This document shows positions 38,702 through 49,342 of a stretch of 64,000 nucleotides of DNA, in pieces. Location of the stretch: NCBI GenBank assembly GCA_963707655.1, contig OY970172.1, forward strand, positions 640,001 to 704,000, written 5' to 3'. The stretch's first letter is position 1; each line of letters opens with the position of its first letter. The notes under the pieces were generated by a model, which worked only from the letters and a program-made list of their open reading frames with translations, ran no database searches and was not told the origin of the DNA. The position numbers and the translations under genes were made by a program. The stretch is from an uncultured bacterium. GTDB taxonomy: Bacteria; Babelota; Babeliae; Babelales; Vermiphilaceae.

Positions 38702-40324
38702 ATGATAAATAGTAGCAAACAATATATTTTTTTGTTTTTTCTTGTATCCGTTCCTCTTGGTAACCAAAAAGCCATGGATGATTTCTCCTGGGATTATCCG
38801 GCGGTAGAAAATCTTATCGACAACACCAATTTTGAAACAGCAACCCGCGCACCGGTACCCGTTTCTGACATTATTGCCCTGCTCAATCAGTTTGGGGTTA
38901 TTGATTTATTACAAGAAAATTTATATGACAAGTCATATCCTTTAAACAAACGCTATATTCTTGATTTACCATTATTTACTTTTCCCTGGTACCATTCTCG
39001 TTGCAAAGAGCTGGGCTACCAATTCTTTTATAATGCCACTAATAAAATGACTTTTGCAAAAGAGTGCAACAAGATCAGTGCCTATCTGGCCATCGCGGGC
39101 AACGGCTTTATTGAAAAATTGCAAACCTCGCTGCAGGAAATTGCCTCGGTGTATCCCAATTTTGATCCCAACATGGCGCTAGAATTGTTGACCCTCTTTG
39201 AACATTTTACCGTACAAGATCGTTCGCTCGGTATTATGTTCGATGGAGAAAAAAAAATAAATGATGCACGATTGCGCTGGTTTTTACCCGTCTACCTGCA
39301 TGAAAGAAATCATTTCGTAACGCCGGCTGTACAAAAAGCAATAAATCGGATCCTTGATCCCTACCTTGGCACGCCGAGCACAGACGAGCAAATGGCATTC
39401 GCTGAAGAATTTTTAATTGAAGATCAGCTTGGCTTTGGGGATTTTCGCCTGGAATGTGACTTCCCTCTGATTGAAACCGAAACTTTTAAGGCGCGTGTCG
39501 GCTTTATGGCTGATTTCCCCATAGCATTTCCCTGGACCTACGGCCTCATTGGTTCAAAATTCCGCCCCCCTTGCGTGCGTCCCATCCTTGATATTCAGGA
39601 GTTAGTTGCCGAAATAGTTGGTGGCGGTGCAGTAACTGATAGCAATGCGCAGTCTTTTATTATTCAAGCATTTAATAATTTATCTGCCATACTACTCAAT
39701 ACCAGTCTGGGCCATGATGGTCATCCCGGCATTGGGATCATGTGGCGCACCAAGAGCTCATTAACAAAATTTGTTTCGCGCCCATGGGCCGAGAATATCT
39801 ATTTTCAAAGTAGGATGTCATTTGAGTATCTCTTGCCGAACACCGAATATCGTGCCTTTGTGCCAAAAAATAATGCCGCTGCATTTGAAAACCATGATTT
39901 CACCTCTGATGATCCGACCGTCGCACAACAAAATCTCATCTTTCTTGAACAAACACTCACAAATCGCTTATTCCCTCCCTTTATCTATGCAATGGTGTTT
40001 CCCGGTATAGTGATTCGCTCAACATCGCGTGCGGTATATGAGGGCCCGGTGTGGGGATGCTTTGTGGGCAGCGATATGTGGATACGTACAAAAGAACATA
40101 TTACAACTCTTGAATCTTCCGCCGCAGTTTTTAATAGTTTAGAAATAGCAAATGCAGAGCGGCCGTTGGCTTACCAAAGCAAAATGTTTGCAGGTATTGT
40201 GCACCGCGTTTGCTTTGTTGAAGACAGGGAATGGGCTTTCTCACTTAATGCAGATACGACTGTTTTGCGCTCGGGCGTGGGAGAAGATTTTACGATAACA
40301 TTGAATATAGATCTCAACTTCTAG
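38702..40324 (+). CDS. Hypothetical exported protein, possible outer-membrane beta-barrel
   Basis: Signal peptide; alternating C-terminal strand FTITLNIDLNF ending in Phe. Confidence 0.65.
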   Translation: MINSSKQYIFLFFLVSVPLGNQKAMDDFSWDYPAVENLIDNTNFETATRAPVPVSDIIALLNQFGVIDLLQENLYDKSYPLNKRYILDLPLFTFPWYHSRCKELGYQFFYNATNKMTFAKECNKISAYLAIAGNGFIEKLQTSLQEIASVYPNFDPNMALELLTLFEHFTVQDRSLGIMFDGEKKINDARLRWFLPVYLHERNHFVTPAVQKAINRILDPYLGTPSTDEQMAFAEEFLIEDQLGFGDFRLECDFPLIETETFKARVGFMADFPIAFPWTYGLIGSKFRPPCVRPILDIQELVAEIVGGGAVTDSNAQSFIIQAFNNLSAILLNTSLGHDGHPGIGIMWRTKSSLTKFVSRPWAENIYFQSRMSFEYLLPNTEYRAFVPKNNAAAFENHDFTSDDPTVAQQNLIFLEQTLTNRLFPPFIYAMVFPGIVIRSTSRAVYEGPVWGCFVGSDMWIRTKEHITTLESSAAVFNSLEIANAERPLAYQSKMFAGIVHRVCFVEDREWAFSLNADTTVLRSGVGEDFTITLNIDLNF

Positions 40325-40339
40325 AAAAAAGGAGCAACT

Positions 40340-41008
40340 ATGAACGATAAAATAGTATACATCGCCAGTATGATGATTATGGTCTGGGGCACAATGTATC
40401 CTAATGCCGACGACATGTTTAAAAAAGAGGGAGCAATTATCCTCGAATGCTCTGTCATAAAAATAAGTGATGGCTCATCTTTGGGAATCGATGGAGAGGA
40501 AATATTGCGCATGATGCGGGTGCGTAAAGAAGTGCGCAAGATTCAGCTTGGTGTTCCCAACACAGAAGGTAATTTTATCGGACTGTATCATTTGAACAAC
40601 ACGGATTATAGCGTAAAAGAGCTCGCTGCACTCGAAACAGAAATGCGAGAAAATGATCCGGCGGCATTGGTATCATTAAAGCCGTTATTGAAAAAAGCAA
40701 AAGAAGATTTTGTTAAACACGTTATGAGCTTTATGAATGCTGCGCGTGGAGCCAAGCCGATGATGCTTCTTTTAATACAAGAGTCATGCAACAAAAGAAA
40801 GCGTTACGATAGTGTATTATTGCGCTGGGGAGCCGCGCGAGAAGGCACAGAAGAAAGACAGTTTGATGGGGATATAACTGATTTTCGCGTATTTGATACT
40901 TTTTGCACAGATTTGATACACTTTCTTCAAGATGTTATGAGAAGTTGTCCCAAAGCATGGGCGCAGTTTCAACACATGGTAGCGCAGCAGAAATCTGGCG
41001 GCCACTGA
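40340..41008 (+). CDS. Hypothetical protein
   Basis: 222 aa; AAGGAG RBS; hydrophobic N-terminus. Confidence 0.75.
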   Translation: MNDKIVYIASMMIMVWGTMYPNADDMFKKEGAIILECSVIKISDGSSLGIDGEEILRMMRVRKEVRKIQLGVPNTEGNFIGLYHLNNTDYSVKELAALETEMRENDPAALVSLKPLLKKAKEDFVKHVMSFMNAARGAKPMMLLLIQESCNKRKRYDSVLLRWGAAREGTEERQFDGDITDFRVFDTFCTDLIHFLQDVMRSCPKAWAQFQHMVAQQKSGGH

Positions 41009-41080
41009 ATACTGGCTTGCTCATTCTGTATGCGCGTAAAATTTAAACTTTTTTGTTTTATCAGATAGAGCACAGAGAAT

Positions 41081-43267
41081 ATGGAACAACAGCTGCATGA
41101 GCTTACGGGCACCATTGACCGTTTGCTGTTTAATAGTGAGGAGAGCGGTTTTTCTGTATTTGTGTTGCAAGTCAATGAAGCCACACAGATAGTGGTTCGT
41201 GGTTCCATGGCACAAATTCATCCGGGTGAACAGGTTAGCGTGAGCGGTACTTGGGTAATGCATCCCAAATTCGGTAAGCAATTTGAAGCAAAAAGTTGCC
41301 GCATTGATGTGCCAACGAGCATTATTGGTCTTAAAAAATATTTAGGCTCCGGATTAATCAAAGGCATTGGCCCTGCATACGCTGACAAGCTGGTAAATGC
41401 GTTTGGCTCACAAGTGCTTGAAGTAATTGATAAAGAACCTGAACGATTGCGCCGCGTGAACGGCATTGGTGAAAAGCGTGCGCAGCAAATTATCACTTCC
41501 TGGCACGATCAAAAAGAAATTTCCGGCATCATGGTTTTCTTACAAGAAAAAGGTGTGTCGCCCGCCTATGCAATAAAAATTTATAAAAAATATGGGCAGC
41601 AATCAATTGCCGTAGTACAAGAAAATCCCTATCGCCTGGCAGAAGAGATTTGGGGAATAGGTTTTAAGGTTGCTGACCAGATCGCACAAAATGTTGGTAT
41701 TCCTCGCGACTCTTTAAAGAGAGTGAAGGCAGGAATTTTGTATCAAATATCACAAGAAGTGAGCTCAGGACATCTCTATGTTGATCTGCAACAACTGAAA
41801 GAAAAAACCGCCCTCTTGCTTGAATTAGCTGAGGATCAAGATTCAAAAATCAAACATGCACTGCATGATTTATATAATGAAACTAAAATTAAACTTGTTT
41901 CTCATGACGCGCGCCACTTTGTAACCTTGAGCAGCCATTATCACGCTGAAAAAGGCGTGGCCGAGCGTATTGCCATGCAACTGCAAAACAAAAGCACGCT
42001 CACGCTTGATATACAGGCGGTCTACAAAACATTACAAACCGTTGACCAAAGCAAACATGTGGCTCTTAATGATGATCAGATACATGGCATTATCACCTGC
42101 TTATCACATAAAATGAGCATTATCACCGGTGGCCCGGGAACCGGTAAAACAACATTGATCAAACAGCTGCTCGCTATTTTAGATGGTCATCAAATAAGTT
42201 ATCGTCTTGCTGCGCCAACTGGACGGGCCGCAAAGCGCATTACCGAAGGCACTGGTCGACACGCCGCAACAATTCATCGCCTTCTTGAATTTGATTTTAT
42301 TACGCGCGGCTTTATGCGCAATGAACAAAATGCGCTCAAGCTCGATTTTCTGATCATTGATGAAGCGTCTATGATTGATATTTTTTTAGCTCATTCTCTC
42401 CTCAAAGCGGTTCCCTTTCATGCACATGTTTTATTTATCGGTGACGTTGATCAGCTCCCTTCAGTGGGCGCCGGCAACTTTTTGAATGATTTGATTGCCA
42501 GCGGTAAAACAGCATGCGTTCGTTTAACAAAAATTTTCAGACAAGCGCAAGACAGCTTAATAATTATGAATGCTCACCGGGTGAACAGCGGTGAATTTCC
42601 CACAACAGCATCTCCCGATGCAAAAAAAGATTTTATTTATATTAAAGAAGATAATCCCGAGGCGGTTGCAACGCACATGCATGAATTATTTAAACGACGG
42701 CTGCCTATGATGGGTATACCAAGCGATCAGGCAACGGTTTTGGTTCCCATGAATCGTGGCATAGTTGGCACTCACTCATTGAATCATGTCTTGCAACAAC
42801 TGTTAAACCCTGCCAATACAGAAAAACAACTGGTGTACCACGGTACCACATTCAAAATAGGTGACCGTGTAATGCAGGTGAAAAACAACTATGACAAAAT
42901 AGTTTTTAATGGGGATTGCGGCGACATTGAAGATATTAATGTGCCTGAGCGGATTGTGCATGTACGCTATGCGGAGCGTGTTGTTGAGTATGATGCGGGA
43001 GATCTTGATGAACTTGTACTCGCCTACGCCCTTTCAATTCATAAAAGCCAGGGCTCAGAGTACCCGGCAGTGATTATTCCAATCTTTATGCAACACTTCA
43101 CTTTATTGCAACGTAATTTGTTGTATACGGCAATCACGCGGGCAAAAAAATTGTGCATTCTTATTGGTCAATCACGCGCTATTGCCATGGCAGTAAAAAA
43201 TAATAAAGGTCTTGTCCGCACCACTTTTTTAAAAGAATTTTTAACCACCGAACTAAAGTGCCGCTAA
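41081..43267 (+). CDS. recD2: ATP-dependent RecD-like DNA helicase (RecD2)
   Basis: HPKFGKQF, GLIKGIG HhH, TGGPGTGKT, DEASM, GDVDQLPSVG, HKSQGSEY, YTAITRA. Confidence 0.96.
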   Translation: MEQQLHELTGTIDRLLFNSEESGFSVFVLQVNEATQIVVRGSMAQIHPGEQVSVSGTWVMHPKFGKQFEAKSCRIDVPTSIIGLKKYLGSGLIKGIGPAYADKLVNAFGSQVLEVIDKEPERLRRVNGIGEKRAQQIITSWHDQKEISGIMVFLQEKGVSPAYAIKIYKKYGQQSIAVVQENPYRLAEEIWGIGFKVADQIAQNVGIPRDSLKRVKAGILYQISQEVSSGHLYVDLQQLKEKTALLLELAEDQDSKIKHALHDLYNETKIKLVSHDARHFVTLSSHYHAEKGVAERIAMQLQNKSTLTLDIQAVYKTLQTVDQSKHVALNDDQIHGIITCLSHKMSIITGGPGTGKTTLIKQLLAILDGHQISYRLAAPTGRAAKRITEGTGRHAATIHRLLEFDFITRGFMRNEQNALKLDFLIIDEASMIDIFLAHSLLKAVPFHAHVLFIGDVDQLPSVGAGNFLNDLIASGKTACVRLTKIFRQAQDSLIIMNAHRVNSGEFPTTASPDAKKDFIYIKEDNPEAVATHMHELFKRRLPMMGIPSDQATVLVPMNRGIVGTHSLNHVLQQLLNPANTEKQLVYHGTTFKIGDRVMQVKNNYDKIVFNGDCGDIEDINVPERIVHVRYAERVVEYDAGDLDELVLAYALSIHKSQGSEYPAVIIPIFMQHFTLLQRNLLYTAITRAKKLCILIGQSRAIAMAVKNNKGLVRTTFLKEFLTTELKCR

Positions 43268-43929
43268 TGCTGTATTCAATTGTGTTACTTGTGTTGCTAC
43301 CGTTTTCTCTTTTTTCCTTTTCAATTATGCTCGAGCCGGCCGGTGACGCAAAAATTACCGGGCGCTGCATTGATGATTCTTTTGAGCGTGGCATCGCTTT
43401 GCAATATACGCAACAACTCAAACAACTGCTTGAAGAACGTATTCCAGGAGTACGTGTTGCTATTACCCGTCTGCCGGGAGAAACGATAACTGAATTTCAG
43501 AATGCCCATTTTGCCAATCGCATGGCAATTGATTTATACATAAGTATCAATTTCTTTAAAGAAAAAGAGGTAATTCCTCACCTATATATCTATAGTTATG
43601 CGCAACATGATGATGCTGATTTCCGCCAGATAGATCTTTGTTTTTATCGCTATGATCAGATTCATTTGTATCATGCGGCACAAACAAAAAAATGGTCAAA
43701 TCTGTTTTGCGATGCTTTAAATCAGGAACAGTACAAGAAAAAGTTACAATGCCCCCGCGTCTGCCGGCTTCCGTTTAAACCATTGCTTGGCATCAAAGCA
43801 AGCAGCATTGCCATTGAAATTGGCCTAAAAAATAAAGATGATTGGCCCCAATTCATTGACCCCTGCTTTTCCGGCATTGTGACCATTATAAGAGATTATG
43901 AAAAAGGCACTACCAATGATACGCAATAA
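43267..43929 (+). CDS. N-acetylmuramoyl-L-alanine amidase-like protein (divergent)
   Basis: IMLEPAG..G...ER..LQ..VAITR..FANRM..DLYISIN..IAIEIG mirrors the Amidase_3 layout; the His ligands appear substituted. Confidence 0.65.
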   Translation: MLYSIVLLVLLPFSLFSFSIMLEPAGDAKITGRCIDDSFERGIALQYTQQLKQLLEERIPGVRVAITRLPGETITEFQNAHFANRMAIDLYISINFFKEKEVIPHLYIYSYAQHDDADFRQIDLCFYRYDQIHLYHAAQTKKWSNLFCDALNQEQYKKKLQCPRVCRLPFKPLLGIKASSIAIEIGLKNKDDWPQFIDPCFSGIVTIIRDYEKGTTNDTQ

Positions 43930-44461
43930 AAAACAGATAGTGGGTATTACGGTTGCTTTGATTGCCGGTTGCCTGGCGGCATTGTGTTACCGGGGGAACA
44001 TTATTTTTGTTTTTCCCTCAGCAAACACGCAGATGCCTGCAAACGCAATGCCTATAGCAAAAAAACAAGTTAAACTCTTTTTTTGGCGCGCCGATTCCTG
44101 GAAATATGAAAAGAGCGAACTCATGCTGGGCAGCGATGCGGCTGAAACTATTGCCGCGCTAGCCAATAAGTGGCTCACCCTGCTTGACGAAGAAGGGGTT
44201 ATGACAAAAAAAGTAATGGTGCCCGCCGTGTTGATGGCCGTATCGGGCAACCAGGCCTATATCTCTTTTGATCGTTACCCCTTTGATAAAGAGAGTGCCG
44301 CCTATGATAAATGGATGTGGCTGGAAGGGCTCCTTAAAACTCTGCGCGAAAACGGGGTGGCGGTACCCCGCATCTATTTTAAGGTACAGCACAAGCCGCT
44401 ACGCGACTATCACCTCGACTTTTCATCCCCGTGGCCGCTGAGCGGTTTTATGCACACATAA
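43916..44461 (+). CDS. Hypothetical membrane-anchored protein (GerMN-like, tentative)
   Basis: N-terminal TM; AYISF...LLKTL; follows the amidase-like gene. Confidence 0.55.
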   Translation: MIRNKKQIVGITVALIAGCLAALCYRGNIIFVFPSANTQMPANAMPIAKKQVKLFFWRADSWKYEKSELMLGSDAAETIAALANKWLTLLDEEGVMTKKVMVPAVLMAVSGNQAYISFDRYPFDKESAAYDKWMWLEGLLKTLRENGVAVPRIYFKVQHKPLRDYHLDFSSPWPLSGFMHT

Positions 44462-44498
44462 ATAGGTGTGTGGCACGATCACCATGCAAACGATTCTA

Positions 44499-44856
44499 TT
44501 ATTCTGTGAGAGTCAAGCGGGGATTCATCATAATGATAAATCTCCCTGCTCCCGCCATAACGAACATATTTTCATCAATTTTTTCTCTTGATACAATCAT
44601 GCACCATTCATCACACTCAATGGTGCCGGTAAACTTAAATTCCTGGGGCACGCAGATAAACGCGCCGAGCTGCGAGCAAGCCAGAGCCTTTAAAAGAGGG
44701 GCAAGAAATGCTGATCCCCGGATAAATTATTGCGCCATCGTGAATAAATGCTTCATTCTTCTCAATGGTATGAATCTGATCGAGTGGACCCATAGAATAG
44801 ATATGCGTGGTCAATAAGGTACAGAGCAGCATAAAAAAATTAATTTTAGTATTCAT
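44499..44856 (-). CDS. Small hypothetical exported protein, frameshifted at a G4 run (about 44645-44648)
   Basis: MNTKINFFMLLCTLLTTHIYSMGP...LRA; deleting one base continues QEFKFTGTIECDEWC...LTE*; span is 3n+1. Confidence 0.55.
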
Positions 44857-44999
44857 AAAATAATATAACCCCTTCGAATCACTATTTTTGCTTGAGTGTA
44901 AAATATTCTGCCCATCGTAACAAAACATGCCAAAAAAGCCAGCAGCCCTTGATAACAAGGGGAATTTGATGTTTTTACACAAAATGATATAATTACAAT

Positions 45000-46979
45000 A
45001 TGAAAAAAATATTTAAATTGCACTCACCGTACAAACCCGCCGGCAGCCAGCCGGAAGCCATAGAAAAACTGACCAAAGGTCGGCCCGGACGCTCTACGCT
45101 TGTAGGGGTTACCGGATCAGGGAAAACCTTTACCCTGGCCAATATTATTGCCAATCAAAACAAGCCGGTCTTAATTCTTTCCCCTAACAAAACCTTGGCG
45201 GCACAGCTCTATGAGGAATTTAGCCAGTTTTTCCCTGAGAATAAGGTGGGTTATTTTGTCAGTTATTACGACTATTACCAACCCGAGTCATACTTGCCGG
45301 CGCAAGATATCTATATTCCCAAAGAAACCAAGATAAATAGTGAAATTGAGCGCCTTCGTGTTGAGGCAACCGCATCTTTGATCAACAGGCAAGATACCAT
45401 TATCATTACCTCAGTTTCTTGTATCTATTCGCTGGGTAACCCCACCGATTATAAAAATTTGTCTGTCCCCTTAACAGTGGGTCAGGAATTATCACGAAGC
45501 GAATTACTAAAAAAGCTCATTTTTATTCAATATGAACGTAATGATATTGATAAAAAATCGGGCACTTTCCAGGTTTTGGGTAATACGGTTGAAATTCAGG
45601 TTCCGTATCAGAAAGAAAAGCTACGGCTGGAACTTTTTGGCAATACCTTGGAATCGATGCAGTGGGTAACCAAGCACAACAACACCGTGGTGTCTGAGCT
45701 CAAAGATACCATTATCTTTCCGGCCAAACACTTTGTGACCACTGAAGGGCGACAAAAAATAGCTCTTAAAAGCATTAAACAAGAGTTAGAAGAATGGGCA
45801 CCCCAGGTTGCCAACCCAATCTACCGGGAACGTATAGAAAAACGGGTGGCTCATGATCTTGAAATGTTACAAGAAGTTGGCCATTGCTCCGGTATAGAAA
45901 ATTATTCATCTCACTTTGACGGCCGCGGACAGGGCGAAAAGCCATTTTGTTTATTCGACTTCTTTCCCAAAGATTTCTTACTTATTATTGATGAATCTCA
46001 TATTGCCATTCCGCAATTGCGGGGTATGTATGCGGGAGACAAAGCGCGTAAAAAATCATTAGTTGAGTTTGGCTTCAGATTGCCTTCTGCTGCGGATAAT
46101 AGGCCTTTAAAATTTGAAGAAATAGAAGGCTATTTTAATGATGTCATCTTTGTTTCGGCAACACCGAGCGATTATGAATTGAGCAATTCTGCGCACGCCG
46201 TTGAGCAGATTATTCGCCCAACAGGGCTTTTGGACCCGGTCATTCAGATACATCCACGCGCAGGTCAGCTTGATCATTTGATTGAGCAGATAAAAAATAC
46301 GAATCAAAAAGGATTCCGAACCCTGGTTACCGTACTTACCAAGAAATTGGCCGAAGAATTGGCCCATTATCTTGAAGAACGGGGCATCAAGGTGTGCTAC
46401 TTGCACAGCGAATTAAAAACACCCCAGCGTACTGAATTAATTCAAAAATTGCGTCTTGGCACTTTTGATTGCCTGGTCGGTGTGAATCTACTCCGTGAAG
46501 GGCTCGATTTACCCGAAGTTGCGTTGGTGGCAATTATGGATGCTGATATTGAAAGCTACTTGCGCGACAAGCGCTCATTGATTCAGATCATTGGTCGCGC
46601 TGCACGTAATACCGAATCGGTTGTGATATTATATGCTGACACGGTAAGCAAATCTATGCGTGGTGCCATTGACGAAACGCAGCGTCGCCGTGTGAAGCAA
46701 GAAGCACACAATGCAGAGCATGGGATTGTACCGGTTACGGTAAAGCGTGAGGTGAGCAAAACAATCACCAATATTCAGTTGGCTATTGCACAGGCATCTG
46801 AACGCAAACGCGGCAAGAAAAAAGCTGCGCAGCTAAACACCGAGCAAGCACACGTACGCATGGTTGAGCTTGAATCATTAATGCAGCAGGCTGCTCAAGA
46901 CCTTGAATTTGAAAAAGCAATCGCCTTGCGTGAAGAATGGGTTCAGCTCAAAAAGCAGACTGAAAATTCTACGCAGTAA
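45000..46979 (+). CDS. uvrB: Excinuclease ABC subunit B
   Basis: GVTGSGKT, NKTLAAQLY, FVSYYDYYQPE, DESH, GFRLPSA, NLLREGLDLPEV, LEFEKA. Confidence 0.98.
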   Translation: MKKIFKLHSPYKPAGSQPEAIEKLTKGRPGRSTLVGVTGSGKTFTLANIIANQNKPVLILSPNKTLAAQLYEEFSQFFPENKVGYFVSYYDYYQPESYLPAQDIYIPKETKINSEIERLRVEATASLINRQDTIIITSVSCIYSLGNPTDYKNLSVPLTVGQELSRSELLKKLIFIQYERNDIDKKSGTFQVLGNTVEIQVPYQKEKLRLELFGNTLESMQWVTKHNNTVVSELKDTIIFPAKHFVTTEGRQKIALKSIKQELEEWAPQVANPIYRERIEKRVAHDLEMLQEVGHCSGIENYSSHFDGRGQGEKPFCLFDFFPKDFLLIIDESHIAIPQLRGMYAGDKARKKSLVEFGFRLPSAADNRPLKFEEIEGYFNDVIFVSATPSDYELSNSAHAVEQIIRPTGLLDPVIQIHPRAGQLDHLIEQIKNTNQKGFRTLVTVLTKKLAEELAHYLEERGIKVCYLHSELKTPQRTELIQKLRLGTFDCLVGVNLLREGLDLPEVALVAIMDADIESYLRDKRSLIQIIGRAARNTESVVILYADTVSKSMRGAIDETQRRRVKQEAHNAEHGIVPVTVKREVSKTITNIQLAIAQASERKRGKKKAAQLNTEQAHVRMVELESLMQQAAQDLEFEKAIALREEWVQLKKQTENSTQ

Positions 46980-47071
46980 AACATTCTCTAATTATTATCA
47001 TTTCATTTTTCCCTTTATTTTTTTATACTCATCATCATGTTTTCTCTTTTAAAAAAAGCAAGGATGAAATA

Positions 47072-49162
47072 ATGAAACACAAACTATTATTAATGTTATT
47101 AATTGTTGGTTTTGGCACTTTTTACTACATCTATACCAAGCAAGGGTCCCCCAAAATGTACGCCGATATAAAAAACATTGCCGATATTATCCGCATTTTT
47201 CCTCAAAGCGCTCACGATATCAATAATGAGGTAGACAAAGTTATAGCTCAATCACGCGCAGAAATTGCAGCATTTCTTGCTATTAAAAATGAAGAACGCA
47301 CTTTTGCCAATACGGCACAAAAACTTGATGAAATTTATGGCCTTTCAAATCAGGCTATTGTAGGTAGCTCTATTTCTATTCTTGAAATGGTGAGCCCTGA
47401 TGAAAAAATTCGTACCGCTGCCCACGAAGCAATTATAAAGATGCAAGACTTTTTAGTTGATGAACTTGCCAACAATGTTGATATCTTCAAAGCATTTAAA
47501 GCATATGTTGAACAAAAATCAGGATCGGAGGAACTTACCGAAAAGCAAAGATACTTTCTGACCGAAACGCTTGATGGGTTTAAGCGCGCAGGGCTCGACT
47601 TGCCGCAAGATCAACTTGATGAACTGAAAAAAATTAAAAAAGATATTGCTGCACTGATTCTTGATTTTGATACCAATATTGCTGCCGACCAAACAAAAGT
47701 TATTGTATCTCCTGCAGAACTGGCCGGATTGCCCGAAGACTTTATTGCCTCATTGGAAAAAGATGAGCAGGGAAATTGCAAAGTTGGGGTTGATGCACCA
47801 ACTTTTTATAAAATTGCACAAAATTGTTCCGTTGGCGATACCCGTAAAAAAATGTCTCGCGCGTATGGCGATCGCGCGTATCCAAAGAATGATGCATTGC
47901 TCAAAGAAATTATCGCAAAAAGAGACTTGCTAGCACAAAAAGTTGGCAAAGCAAGTTATGCAGCCTTGGATCTTGACGATCAAATGGTAAAAACTCCTGA
48001 AAAAGCCTACAGTTTTTTGAATGATTTATTGGCAACAGTAAAAACAAAAGTTGAGAAAGAATTTGCTCTATTAACAAGCGACCTTCCCGCATCAGTTACA
48101 CTTCAAGACGGTAAAATGTTTACCTGGGATGCCGCTTACGTAGCCAATGAGTACAAAAAGAAGCATTTGCAAATTGATGAGCTTAAGATCGCCGAATATT
48201 TCCCGCTCGATACAACAGTAAAAGGGTTGCTTGATATTTATCAAAAGTTCTTTTCATTGCGCTTTGAGCAAAAACCAATCAAACATCTGTGGCACGATGA
48301 AGTGACCATGATGGAAGTCTATTCAACACTCGATAATAGCTTGTTGGGGTACTTCTTGCTTGATCTTTTCCCGCGCCCTTTCAAATACAGTCATGCCTGT
48401 CATGCTACCATTGTTCCGGCAGTCTACGGTGCTGACGGACAAATAAAACCGGCTCTTTCTATTGTTATTGCAAACTTCCCTCGCGCCATCGGTGACAAAC
48501 CGGCATTGCTCGAACGCAATCACGTCTCCACTTTCTTCCATGAATTTGGTCACGCACTGCATGCATTATTGGGAAGAACCATGCTCAGTACTCAGGCAGG
48601 AACCGCCGTTAAATGTGATTTCGTAGAGATGCCATCACAAATGCTTGAAGAATGGCTCGATGAAAAAGAGATTCTTGCCATGATCAGCTCTCATTATCAA
48701 ACGGGAGAGCCATTACCTGATGAATTAATCAATAAGATTGTTGCATTAAAGCAATTTGATGCCGGCTCTTTTGTGCAAACACAAGCCTATTATTCCCTTA
48801 TTTCATTAGATATTTATGCACCGGGGGCAACTAAAGACCCTTATGCGATTATGAAACAGCTCTATACCACTATTAAACCGCATATGATTTTTGATCCGGA
48901 AAATCACATGTATGCATCATTTGGCCATTTAACCGGCTATGGGGCAAAATACTACAGCTATATGTGGTCCAAAGTATTTGCGCTTGATCTTTTTGCACAA
49001 ATCAAAAAAATGGGACTATTGAATCCTGCCGTGGGTGAAAAATATGTGGCCGAGGTTATTGGCCAAGGGGGCAGCGTCGATCCCAATGATCTGCTTGAAA
49101 ACTTCCTGGGTAGAAAACCAAATCAAAAAGCATTTTTGGCCGACTTGGGACTAGGTCAATAA
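47072..49162 (+). CDS. M3A family (thimet oligopeptidase-like) peptidase with N-terminal anchor
   Basis: FFHEFGHALH, DFVEMPSQMLE, FGHL.GY.A.YYSYMWS. Confidence 0.93.
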   Translation: MKHKLLLMLLIVGFGTFYYIYTKQGSPKMYADIKNIADIIRIFPQSAHDINNEVDKVIAQSRAEIAAFLAIKNEERTFANTAQKLDEIYGLSNQAIVGSSISILEMVSPDEKIRTAAHEAIIKMQDFLVDELANNVDIFKAFKAYVEQKSGSEELTEKQRYFLTETLDGFKRAGLDLPQDQLDELKKIKKDIAALILDFDTNIAADQTKVIVSPAELAGLPEDFIASLEKDEQGNCKVGVDAPTFYKIAQNCSVGDTRKKMSRAYGDRAYPKNDALLKEIIAKRDLLAQKVGKASYAALDLDDQMVKTPEKAYSFLNDLLATVKTKVEKEFALLTSDLPASVTLQDGKMFTWDAAYVANEYKKKHLQIDELKIAEYFPLDTTVKGLLDIYQKFFSLRFEQKPIKHLWHDEVTMMEVYSTLDNSLLGYFLLDLFPRPFKYSHACHATIVPAVYGADGQIKPALSIVIANFPRAIGDKPALLERNHVSTFFHEFGHALHALLGRTMLSTQAGTAVKCDFVEMPSQMLEEWLDEKEILAMISSHYQTGEPLPDELINKIVALKQFDAGSFVQTQAYYSLISLDIYAPGATKDPYAIMKQLYTTIKPHMIFDPENHMYASFGHLTGYGAKYYSYMWSKVFALDLFAQIKKMGLLNPAVGEKYVAEVIGQGGSVDPNDLLENFLGRKPNQKAFLADLGLGQ

Positions 49163-49197
49163 CGGCGATCTTTTCATATTAAAAGAGTGAAGTACGC

Positions 49198-49232
49198 AAA
49201 CGCGCAATAGAAGTAAAATTCATTGCGCGTTT
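49198..49232 (+). terminator. Putative terminator hairpin
   Basis: AAACGCGCAAT...ATTGCGCGTTT after the M3 gene. Confidence 0.6.
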
Positions 49233-49342
49233 CATTTTAAAACTCTTTTCTTGCTCTATCATTTTTTACTAGCATCATCAGAGAAGAGCGGTTAAGCTAT
49301 AAAGCAAATAAAAATATATTGATGCATAGTGAGAAATGAGTC

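Noticed and set aside
44431..44817. 128 aa + strand ORF
   Set aside because: Antisense to a better supported, signal-peptide-bearing frameshifted gene; no RBS or motif
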